Source of the DNA: Mobula hypostoma
Taxonomy: Eukaryota
DNA length: 64,000 bases
Assembly (NCBI RefSeq): GCF_963921235.1
Contig: NC_086108.1
Span: 42,348,001 to 42,412,000, forward strand
Reading direction: 5' to 3'
Shown here: positions 52,039 to 64,000 of the stretch, piece after piece
Layout: each line of letters starts with the position of its first letter
Position numbering within the stretch: the stretch's first letter is position 1
Program-made: the position numbers and the translations under genes
Notes under the pieces: model-generated
What the model was told of the DNA's origin: nothing
What the model saw: the letters and a program-made list of their open reading frames with translations, nothing else
Databases searched by the model: none

Positions 52039-52662
52039 TGCAAACACGAGGAAATCTGCAGATGCTGGTATTTCAAGTAGCACACATAAAAGTGCTGGTG
52101 AACGCAGCAGGCCAGGCAGCACCTCTAGGAAGAGGTACAGTTGACGTTTCGGGCCGAGACCCTTCGTCAGGACTAACTGAAGGAAGAGCTAGTAAGAGAT
52201 TTGAAAGTGGGAGGGGGAGGGGGAGATCTGAAATGATAGGAGAAGGCAGGAGGGGGAGGGATGGAGCCAAGAGCTGGAGAGAGGGAGAAAAAGGAGTTTA
52301 TATACACACATTCTTTTTCTCTCTCTCCTTTTCTCCCTCTGTCCCCCTCACTATACCCCTTGCCCATCCTCTGGTTTTCCCCCCTCCCCCTTTTCTTTCT
52401 CCCTAGGCCTCCTGTCCCATGATCCTCTCATATCCCTTTTGCCAATCACCTGTCCAGCTCCTGGCTCCATCTCCCCCCCCCCACCCCCCATCTTCTCCTA
52501 TCATTTCGGATCTCCCCCTCCCCCCCCCCACTTTCAAATCTCTTACTAGCTCTTTTTTCAGTTAGTCCTGACAAAGGGTCTTGGCCCAAAATGTTGACTG
52601 TACCTCTTCCTAGAGATGCTGCCTGGCCTGCTGCATTCACCAGCAACTTTTATGTGTGTTGC
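52039..52662. mobile_element. Penelope 3'-end fold-back insertion with two hammerhead motifs
   Basis: Arms ~52080-52278 and ~52453-52662 are inverted. Perfect 14-bp TSD agtcaagttgagaa at 52025-52038 and 52663-52676. Confidence 0.9.
52138..52176 (-). ncRNA. Minimal hammerhead ribozyme motif
   Basis: Reverse complement: agtc-CTGACGA-agggtctcggccc-GAAA-CGTC-aactg. The partner at 52564-52600 (+) has core mutations (CTGACAA, CAAAA). Confidence 0.65.
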
Positions 52663-53055
52663 AGTCAAGTTGAGAAGCCTATTTACAAGTTGAACTATGT
52701 GCTATGAATTTCACAACTTTAAATATTTCTTATTAGAAAAATCATAGCTAGAGTTTAAAAGTAAAATAAATATAAAAATACTGGAGATACTCAATGAGTC
52801 ATGCAACATCTTTAGAAAGAGAAAGAATTAAGGTTTTGGATCAGAGACCATTCAACGGGTGTATTCCCAGCTTTTCCTGTTTTAATTTTAGATTTTTTGT
52901 ATCTATATTTTTTCTTTTCTATTTAAAAGAACTGTGCAAAAATCGTAATCTATTAATGTCCTGTATGTCTTATTTGTGAACAGATTTCAAGGAGATCTTT
53001 CTGTTTGTTGTGAGAATACCCTGGTACTTGTGTTTAACCTGTTAAAAGAGTATAA

Positions 53056-53181
<126 letters not shown>

Positions 53182-53186
53182 TAAAC

Positions 53187-53937
53187 CAGGGGTCCCCAAT
53201 CTTTTTTGCACCACGGACTGGTTTAATATTGACAATATTCTTGCGGAACGGCCGACCGGAGGGGGGGGGGAGGGGGAGATGGGGTGTGTTGTTCAGTAGG
53301 GTTAAACTCACCTCCACATGTCTTTTACAGTTAGGGTTGCCAACTTTCTCACTCCCAAATAAGGGACAAAAGTATTAGTCAAATCCCCGGACGCTTTACC
53401 CCATGAAAGACTACCATGACCATGAAGCCTTGCGCAGGCACCTGTGTACGCATGCGCATACGTGCCAATTTTTTTCCCCCCACAAATTGGTTCTGCCTTC
53501 ATCTTCCTGACTGTACTGTAGATACGTTATTTCTCCTTTATATAGGCTGTGTATTTATCATATCATTCCTGCTTTTACTATATGTTAGTGTTATTTATTT
53601 TCAGTTTTATGTGTTATTTGGCATGACTTTGTAGTTTATTTTTTGGGTCTGGGAACACTCAAAAATTTCTCCCATATAAATTAATGGTAATTGCTTCTTC
53701 GCTTCACGCCATTTCGACACGAAAGGTTTCATAGGAACGCTCTACCTTAGCGGGGGAAATATGGGACAAACCAATTTAGCCCAATATATGGGATGTCCCG
53801 GCAAATACGGGACAGTTGGCAACCCTATGTTCAAGTTCAACGGTGCATGACGGAATGAGGAAAAGTGAATCTGACTCATATTGTTTCCTCGCGGCCCGGT
53901 AGCACATGTTTTGCGGCCCGGTGGTTGGGGACTGCTG
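53187..53937. mobile_element. Composite hAT non-autonomous element
   Basis: TIRs caggggtccccaat / gttggggactgctg. Perfect 8-bp TSD acttaaac at 53179-53186 and 53938-53945. Both ends are shared with the element at 7576-8510. Confidence 0.9.
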
Positions 53938-54020
53938 ACTTAAACCATTGAATTTGCTGTTCTAATGCATTGTTCTGTAAGGTAAGTTTAAGTGCTTGAC
54001 AATTAAATCCATATTACGCA

Positions 54021-54592
54021 TGTAACCCTCAGGTTCGGCCAGCATGCATTTGTCTAGGGGAAGACGGCCTCTGGCCCAGCCAAACTGAGAAATCTCGTTT
54101 GTGTCGATGCTGCATGATGTGTTGTCCGGTTACAATTCCGAACTGCAAAATATCAGACAGAACACCGTATGCAATTAAATGATTGAACTTTATAAATTGT
54201 AATCTGACTATAGGGTTAGTAAAGAAAAAATAGAAAAAGGGCCCATTTTAATCAAACAGTCTGATGTGCACATTGGAGTGCATGGATTCGTCCATTTGAT
54301 CCCCATCGATCTCCTCTGAGCGTCGCTCCGAGTCCACTCCACCTGCTAGTCTACCAACTCTTTCCATTCGCGTATTCTCTCTTCATCTCTCGCCGACAAA
54401 AGACTGCAAATTTCCTGCTCCCCATCCCACAAGAAAGAACAACGTGCCTCTCATTGGATAGCAAATGTCCCAAAGCCTCCGTTATCTCTAGTCATAACTC
54501 AAACATTGCTGCTGCAGAGAAACCATTACCTTAGCAGTGAAACATTACAGAAAGGCCATTACATTAGCTGTGAAACCTTACAGCACGTTACA
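54021..54592. mobile_element. Solo LTR (Gypsy-like)
   Basis: TGTAAC...GTTACA termini with a 4-bp TSD cgca at 54017-54020 and 54593-54596. 572 bp, no internal coding sequence. Confidence 0.75.
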
Positions 54593-55216
54593 CGCAAAGT
54601 ACTTGTAGTATCTGGTCTTTATAAAGATGTTTTTACAGATTGGTTAGTTTCTAATGTACTATTGGAGCTTTTTTAAAGCTCTGTTATGATTTCATGACTT
54701 TGTTTTTATTGTGACAAAGGAACATATTCTTAAATAACATGAACCCTGCAAGAAATTTCTACAGAGTCAGAGTACGTATATACATCATTGCCCATTAATT
54801 AACTATCATGACATCTGATTTTCAAATTTAACTATTAATATTTTTCATCTGATGTAAAACAAATAATAACTGTAGGTTAAATTTCTTATTTAACAAAAGC
54901 CTCAGGAAAAAGTTCTGAGTAAATGCTTTCTCAATTCCTGTACAACATGGTAAGGATTATACTAGTATGTAGCTTATTCTGAAATCTCTTTTACCTCATA
55001 AAATTTGATCTGCAGCTTCTAATTTGTACGGTAACAAATTGGGTAAACATTGCTAGCTGGTTCATGCATTTTTCTGAAGCCTTTAATCTTTTGTGGAGGT
55101 GATTTCCAGGTGGACATTATATATGGAATGTTTTTCCCATTGTAGTTTGTACTTCTATTGAGAAGAATATTGCTTCTAATGGTAAATTTCAAGTTAAATG
55201 TTATAAACTAAGATAG

Positions 55217-56068
<852 letters not shown>

Positions 56069-56923
56069 TAATTCTGAATTAATTCAAATCATTATTTATT
56101 TGGTAAAAGGTGTTATATATCGTGATGTGTCTACAATTATGCTGTTAAAGTTCAGAGCAGACCATAGAAATTGGATGTTTTTATGCTCTCTATTATATAC
56201 AATTAGAAATTTCTTATGTGAGCAGTTAAAATAATGTTCCTAGCCAAGCATTTGAGAAATGAAGAGTAAATACTTACTCAAGGTGAAAAATCTGCATTTG
56301 AGTAATGAATAGTGACATTTAATCTAGGTTGGTTTTAGTAAGGATCACAAATTTAATGTGATTGAAGGTGGTGCTTTAATCCTTTAGCATCTTTATTCTC
56401 ACTTTCTCTCCCCGTAAAAAGATATATCTGGCAAAAAATAAATTGTCATCCCTAATTTTTTCAAATTTACCAGTTGTTCCCAAATTTGCTTGCTTTGTCC
56501 TGTTTCCTTGTTCTTCTTTCTCAACTTAGACTATAAAGCTATAGAAATATTTATAGTTTACTATAATAGGATATACGCTTATTTAAGTTCTTGATCTTCC
56601 TGTTTTTGATAATTGAGTTCTTTGGCCCACAATCAGTTTTGTTCCAAGTGCCTAAATATAATTTTGGTTCTGCACATCAGTGCACTGCTACTGCTTGTTA
56701 AATAGGGGCAAATCAATATGTTCACCAACAGATGATTGCTTGGAGGCAAAATTAAACCATAGGTTTCCTTATTGGTCTGTAAGATTTAAAGAGAGAGACA
56801 GAGTGAGTCATGCCATTCAGTTAGATCGTTTGTGATCCTTGAATTCATTCACGTTTCTGTCCCTCCCTGTATACGTTGATTTTCTTTGAGTCCAAAAATC
56901 TATTTATTTCCATTTTAAACATA

Positions 56924-58461
56924 CAGGTTTCCCCCGCCATCCGAAGGTAGAGCGTTCCTATGAAACGGTTTGTAAGCCGAAATGTCGTAAAGCGAAGAAG
57001 CAATTACCATTTATTTATATGGGAAAATTTTGTGAGTGTTCGCAGACCCAAAAATAACCTACCAAATCATGCCAAATAACACATAAAACCTAAAATAGCA
57101 GTAACATATAGTAAAAGCAGGAATGATATGATAAATACACAGCCTATATAAAGTAGAAATACTTTTCCACAATCATTTCTGAACTGTCCTCCGTAGCGAA
57201 GATCTCACGCAAGCGCCGTCAGCAGAAAATCTCACGCGAGCGCTGTTGGCAAGGACACTCTCTCCAGTAACCTTTAAGCTATGAAGCTGCCAAATCATAC
57301 CAAATAACACCTAAAAATACACAGCCTATATAAAGTAGAAATAATGTGTATACAGTGTAGTATCACTTACCGGAATCGGGACAGCGCCGAGCAGACTGAT
57401 GATGGTGTGTTAGACTGAGTCGTCGCAGGCTGGGTGGTGCAGTGGCCCCCACCCTCTGGGCCACCAACCGATACCGATCCGCAAAGCATGCAGGGGTCCA
57501 GCGGTAGCCAGAAGGTACACAGCACATCTTTAAGAAAAAGCCGAAACAAGCATGCTAATAATTAGGTGCCGCCCGTAATTGTTGGCCCAGATCAGTGCCG
57601 ATTTCCGACTGCGTCATCTCTGATCTGGGCCAACAGTTACGTGTCGGCAGCACCTAATTAATTAGCATGTTTATTTCGGCTTTTTTCTTAAAGATGTGCT
57701 GTGTGCCTCCGGGCTACCTTTGCATTCTCCACGAATCGGTATCTGTCCGTGGCCTGGGGGTTGGGGTGGTGGGACACTGGGGTGTCATCTCGTCACCTGT
57801 TTCCATTAGGGCAGGCAGCTCATCTTCTCCTATGACTGCCCGCCTCGATGTCGAAGGTCGAGGTTCGTCATCTGCTGTGGCTGATGTGGAAGGCTTGCTT
57901 GACTGCTGAGCCACGCGTATTTTTCTATCACACAGTTCTTTAGTAAGGACTCAAACCATCCTGCAAATATCTCCTAAACCGACGTACCCTTTCAAAATTA
58001 AAGTCGTACTTTATCATTACTCATTCGGTTTCGATTGTTAGCCTTTTTTCTTCCAATTGCATCAGCTCTTCATCTGTCAGTTCTTGGTGATGAGATGCCA
58101 AAACATCATCTTCGTCAACTTCCACAAGCCAAACTCACGTTGTCCTTACTTCGTTCACCACGATCAAAACGCTTAATTTTGTCTAGTTTTACCGTAAGTG
58201 TAACACCCTTACGAGCTCTTTCAGGCTTTTCCGATACCTTAGGACTCATCTTGCAAACGGCTGCTCACAGGCACGTGTTCAAGCAATGCCATTCCAAATC
58301 CGGGGGAGAGTGGCTGATCGGGGCGCGCTGCCTTTTATCGCGCGCTGAATTTTTTTTTCGTAACAATGAAAACACCTGAAAGCGAAAACAGGGTACTAAT
58401 GTAGGTCTTTCGTAACAGTGAAGTTTTGTAAACCGAACGTTCGAAAAGCGGGGGACACCTG
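56924..58461 (-). mobile_element. Internally deleted Tigger/pogo DNA transposon
   Basis: TA|caggtttcccccgc...gcgggggacacctg|TA. The minus strand from ~58249 reads MSPKVSEKPERARKGVTLTVKLDKIKRFDRGERSKD (CENP-B-type HTH), joined to the acidic C-terminal remnant VEVDEDDVLASHHQELTDEELMQLEEKR. Confidence 0.88.
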
Positions 58462-61038
58462 TATTCATTTTCTGCCCATCCACAAATTTCAGGAGAATAT
58501 AATTACAGCAATTCACAACTCACTAAATGGAAAAACAATCTGCATTTGCTTCTCATCACAGTATAACTACCTATTTAACCTAAGGAAAATATTCATTTTA
58601 TCAATGAAAGGCCTGTACGATTGTAGTATGGCCCTTTGACAGCAATGCCTTTGCAATAATTAGTTTGTCTTAGTAATTGCTTGCTTTAATTGCATCTAAG
58701 CTTAGTATTTTGTGTTACTAAAGGAAAATAAGTTTTTTTTTCTGAAAAGTCATATCTAGGTTTGTAGTTTTAACTAAATAAATAATATAGTTTGTGAACA
58801 ACTAAGAAAGCAAGGTCAATAATGAGTCTATCATTGTAAAACACTTTGACTTCTTATTTCCACTTGGCAACTTTTTAATCTAATAGTATTGAAATCTTCA
58901 GTGAGCCAGAGGTGTTTCAGATTTCCCATTGATCTCTGATTTCTAACGGAAAGTATTCTGGTGGAGTATCTTGAATTTTTCCATTATTTAACTTTTTTCA
59001 GATTTTTTAAAATTCCAGCTACCTTTCCCTCATGTCTTTTATAAATGGATTAATTTAACTTCTTCCTCATTCTAAGATTGTCATCATCTTATGTTTACTC
59101 TTCCCCAGAGGATGCTTTACTGTGATGAATTAACAAGTTTACAGAAAGCGGGACCTAAAATAGCATATTTCCTGTTTAATTATACAAGTTACTGCTCTGG
59201 ATTGTCATCTTTAAAGTTTGTCTACCAAACAGTGGGCAAAATATGAAGATTAATCTCTTACAGTGATGGCCTTTTGATTTACACAATCTACCTGTTGGTA
59301 GGAGATAAACTAAGTTGCCTAAAAACATCTTTATATACACCGCTTTAAGGCCATGTTTTGAAAAGTATTAACATTTTAAAATTTGTCATTTAAGACTACT
59401 ATTTTCCCAATTTGGACATTGTAAACTTACCTTGCTAAATTATCATATTGCCCTGTCAGATTTTAAATAAAGTCCAACATATAACTACATAGCTACAATA
59501 TATTGTCTTGACGTTAGTCTCTCTTGGAAGTTATTTCTATTCTTAGCTTTGTAAATATAATGCTTCCTGCCTTTAGGTCTAGTAATTAGATTTCCTGGGG
59601 CAATGGTTCCAGTCTCATTTATTTGGAGATTATAACATTTTTATGTTTTCACATTTCCTTCCAACATAGGAGGTTATTCAGCTGGCTGAATCTAAGCGAG
59701 CTATCAGAGCAATCTCATTCCCTCCTCTTACTTCTCTGTAACCTATTTTCTTACACATGCCCGTTACACCCACATTCTTCTTCCTTCCACCTACACTAGA
59801 TGCAATTTATCACAGCTAATTAACATAACAATGATTATGATTTTGATATGCAGGTGACAATAAGAGTATCTGGGGGAAACCCAGACAGTTACAAGAAAAT
59901 TCTACAAATTCCAGATATTCTTATTGGCACCTTCTAAACTTGTAGCACTCATGTGCTAGCAATGTACTGCTCTATGACTTTTTCAGCTATTCCAAGTGAA
60001 ATTCTTGCCCTGTTTCCACAAGTCTATAACAAAAGTCTTATGAAAATCTGGTAATTAACTGTGATGTTCTGCATGGTAGTTTTGACCCTAGCAGATATTT
60101 AACCTTAAGTTTAATTATATTAATTCTCTATGTGGATGACGACAATGGTATCCTCCCTCTCCTAGACTAAGTTTGAAGGCACAAATAAATGTTCTTGACC
60201 CTGCCATAAAATAGAGCGTTTCGTTATTTCTTTCTTTGGCTATAGAGTATCTGCTTTCTTGACTATCATATCTGATTCTGTAACTATGCTGCTTTCAGTG
60301 GCTGCCTTTATCAGAGTACTATGGTCATATTGCCCATTATCCTAGCAGTTTTTGTAGAAACAGTCTTTGCCCATATGTTAAAGAGAACCTCATTGAACAT
60401 AACCAAAACAGCTTAGCTGCAGCTTAAGCCCTCAAAACCGTCTGATTAGCAGAACTTGAAGAACTCTGAATCATGTCAGAAAAGTAAAGAAGTAGTTTTA
60501 ATTGATAGATAAGGATAGTTCAGTGTAAAAGAAAGACGCAAACAAGGTTAACATAGATGTTGACATTTCACGCTTGTTTTTTTTAAGTAATGCTTTGGTG
60601 AATTGCAATTCACATGAGTCTTACTGTGAGTTTACTCAGCAATAATTATGGTATACCATCCCATTTAAAATACCTTGTATTTTATTCAGACAGCATTACT
60701 TTCAAATTAATATGTATTTAAACCTTGGGTACTTACAAACTATTATAATCAATTCACTGATTTTTGATGATTGCACTGAGTTTAGCTGCAAAATAGCATG
60801 GCCGTTTATGTGATTCTGCAAGCATCTGTGCATGCTTCATTGTCAAATCACCTTGAAGATTAGGGGAACTTTTTAAAATTACGTTCTCATCCACATGATA
60901 TGAAAAATTTGTGCAATATGCAGTCTATATATCAAAAGAGAATAATTCTGTTTCCTAGTTGTCTTCCCTTGAGGTAACTATTTTGCTTAATAAGCTACGT
61001 TTTCATTTTCTTGCTAACTTTGCACCGTATGTTATCAG

Positions 61039-61171
61039 GACAGATTCCCCAGTGCCAAGGGTTCAACATTCAACTGGTAGTGGTGAAACTTCAATTCAGG
61101 ATGAAGCATCACTATGCAATTCAATAGGTGCTACACCAAATTCAGCAACCCCAAAAGTGGAGAAGAATGAG
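61039..61171 (+). CDS. WDR47: WDR47 coding exon (low-complexity linker)
   Basis: gttatcag|G...AATGAG|gtaaga. Translates TDSPVPRVQHSTGSGETSIQDEASLCNSIGATPNSATPKVEKNE. Phase 2 to 0, fitting both neighbours. Confidence 0.85.
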
Positions 61172-61304
61172 GTAAGAATCAAATTTTGAGTATTGTTTTC
61201 AGTCTTACAAAGCTACCATATTTTCACAGAAAAATGTTTTTAAATCCTGTGAAGCCAATTTGGAATGGATCAAAAGATGAAAAGTTTGCATAGAACCAGA
61301 GCAA

Positions 61305-61445
61305 GTAGTCCCAATAAAAAGTCTTGGCCCGAAATGTCGGCTGTTCATTCATTGCCGTAGATGCTGCCTGACCTGCTGAATTTCTCCAGCATTTTATGTG
61401 CGTTGCCTTGGATTTTCAGCATCTGCAGATTTTGTCACGTTTGAA
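61305..61445 (+). mobile_element. Old Penelope-derived 3' fragment
   Basis: gtcttggcccgaaatgtcggctg...gatgctgcctgacctgctga...cagcatctgcagat. Confidence 0.7.
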
Positions 61446-62702
61446 ACTATAGACCAATAATCCCACTTCAAGTGTACTATCCATAGATTCAACCCCAAAA
61501 CAGTGTTCATTTAGAAGCTGCTGCCATGAGAGTTCACATTATTTTTATCTGGAATGTTGGTGGGTAATAGTGCAATGACTCAGACAGCTTAAATGGATTT
61601 ATGAAGCTTTGTATCTTTTTCTCTATTACCATGTTTAAACAGGTGACTAAAAAAACTGACATTTTGCAACATTTCCCTTTTTGATTATCAAATATACAAT
61701 TTTTGAGGATCATCTTCAATATTTTGACAAAAATATGTCATGCTTGAATCAGAAATGCAAGCCACTTTGTGAATAGATGGCCTTCCCATTTTTGTTTCTG
61801 GTTTTAATCAATGTGAAGTTTGTTGATTTTCTTTTCTGAGGAATGATATTTGAGACTCAGGTGATTTTCATAAGTACTTCTAAGCATTCTTGATAGAGGA
61901 AAAACTACCTCTATTAAGAGCCTAAATCAGGAAGCTAAGCCCGAATTAGTCATAAATCTGTTTTCCATAATATTAACTTGTTTCTGAGAACGACATTGTC
62001 AACTCGTTTCACTGTGTACATGTGGTCAGTAAAAGACATGTCTTTTAATTCAATTTTGAAGGTAAAATAGTTCAAAATGTCTATAACTGTTATTTGTCTT
62101 AAAATATTCATGTTTTAAAAGCTCAAGTATTGGCATGTATATTAAAAATATCTTCTAACAATATTTTATTTCTTATATTTCAAGAGTCTCAGTAGACAGA
62201 ATTGTTGTATGTGTTTTGGACTATATATTAGGGTCTGAAATTTAGAACTTGCAAACCTTATTGCTTCTGTTGATTATCATCTGCAATCTGGCAGATAATG
62301 CTTTACAGAAAAATAGATCACATTCAAAACTGTTCATAAATATTAATTTTTTGTCTGTAGCTGTTCTTAGGTACCCATTGGCTTGAAGATTAATGATCCA
62401 GTACTTCTTACGGATTATGTTTTCTGATCTTCAATTACCTCTGAATTCTTAAGTAGAATGGAATTAGCAATGGTATTGAATGTGGTTTAAAAAATCTGAT
62501 TTGTGTCATTTATACCCTGTGTGCATATGCCTTTAACAATAAACTTGAAAGCTACAAGATAAATTACTTGGCAGAATCACTGCACAGCTCAAAAATTTCA
62601 CACGATTATACTGATTTGATTGAAATAGAAAACTAAATTTCAGTTAAAGCCAGGATTATAATAAATCCAAATATTTTCAGATATAATTTTGTTTAATCTT
62701 AG

Positions 62703-62882
<180 letters not shown>

Positions 62883-62904
62883 TAAGTTACAACTCTGGAA
62901 CAAA

Positions 62905-64000
62905 CTTAAACAACAGGAATTCTGCAGATGCTGGAAATTCAAGCAGCACACATAAAAGTTGCTGGTGAACGCAGCAGGCCAGGCAGCATCTCTAGGAAGA
63001 GGTGCAGGCGACGTTTCAGGCCGAGACCCTTCGTCAGGACTAACTGAAGGAAGAGTGAGTAAGGGATTTGAAAGTTGGAGGGGGAGGGAGAGATCCAAAA
63101 TGATAGGAGAAGACAGGAGGGGGAGGGATGGAGCCAAGAGCTGGACAAGTGATAGGCAAAAGGGATACAAGAGGATCATGGGACAGGAGGTCCAGGAAGA
63201 AAGACAAGGGGGGGGGAAACCAGAGGATGGGCAAGGGGTATATTCAGAGGGAGAAAAAGGAGAGTGAGAGAAAGAATGTGTGTATAAAATTAAGTAACAG
63301 ATGGGGTACGAGGGGGAGGTGGGGCATTAGCGGAAGTTAGGGAAGTCGATGTTCATGCCATCAGGTTGGAGGCTACCCAGACGGAATATAAGGTGTTGTT
63401 CCTCCAACCTGAGTGTGGCTTCATCTTTACAGTAGAGGAGGCCGTGGATAGACATGTCAGGTGGAATTAAAATGTGTGGCCACTGGGAGATCCTGCTTTC
63501 TCTGGCGGACAGAGCGTAGGTGTTCAGCAAAGCGGTCTCCCAGTCTGCGTCGGGTCTCGCCATTATATAAAAGGCCACATCGGGAGTACCGGACGCAGTA
63601 TATCACCCCAGCCGACTCACAGGTGAAGTGTTGCCTCACCTGGAAGGACTGTTTGGGGCCCTGAATGGTGGTAAGGGAGGAAGTGTAAGGGCATGTGTAG
63701 CACTTGTTCCGCTTACACGGATAAGTGCTAGGAGGGAGATCAGTGGGGAGGGATGGGGGGGACGAATGGACAAGGGAGTCGCGTAGAGAGCGATCCCTGC
63801 GGAATGCAGAGGGGTGGGGGAGCGAAAGATGTGCTTAGTGGTGGGATCCCATTGGAGGTGGCGGAAGTTACGGAGAATAATATGTTGGACCCGGAGGCTG
63901 GTGGGGTGGTAGGTGAGGACCAGGGGAACCCTATTCCGAGTGGGGTGGCGGGAGGATGGAGTGAGAGCAGATGTACGTGAAATGGGGGAGATGCGTTTAA
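62905..64000 (-). mobile_element. Penelope-like element 3' region (frameshifted GIY-YIG), running off the window end
   Basis: RQHFTCESAGVIYCVRYSRCGLLYNGETRRRLGDRFAEHLRSV...PVATHFNS plus DMSIHGLLYCKDEATLRLEEQHLIFRLGSLQPDGMNIDF. Hammerhead motif at 63005-63041. Confidence 0.9.
63005..63041 (-). ncRNA. Minimal hammerhead ribozyme motif
   Basis: Reverse complement: agtc-CTGACGA-agggtctcggcct-GAAA-CGTC-gcctg. Confidence 0.65.

Overview
Vertebrate nuclear DNA, AT-rich and repeat-dense. The repeat set (CR1, Rex/Babar-type LINEs, Penelope-like elements, Deu- and V-domain SINEs, Tc1, Tigger, hAT, Harbinger) suggests a cartilaginous fish, probably a ray; this is inference. Two spliced genes lie on the + strand. 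The first is the last six coding exons of CAMSAP2 (2183-11871, ending in the CKK domain), followed by a probably long 3'UTR. The second is WDR47: a CpG-island promoter at about 26.2-27.0 kb, a putative non-coding exon 1, and coding exons 2-7 (46518-62881, continuing past the window). All coding exon boundaries were checked by hand for GT-AG and phase continuity. The main observations are: (i) a family of Penelope-like insertions, often fold-back, that carry minimal type-I hammerhead ribozyme cores and mostly 13-14 bp target-site duplications; (ii) direct adjacency of CAMSAP2 and its known binding partner WDR47; (iii) a strong-context upstream ORF overlapping the WDR47 start codon; (iv) several nested or chimeric transposons, two of them next to splice donors. 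No prokaryotic features or CRISPR arrays were seen.
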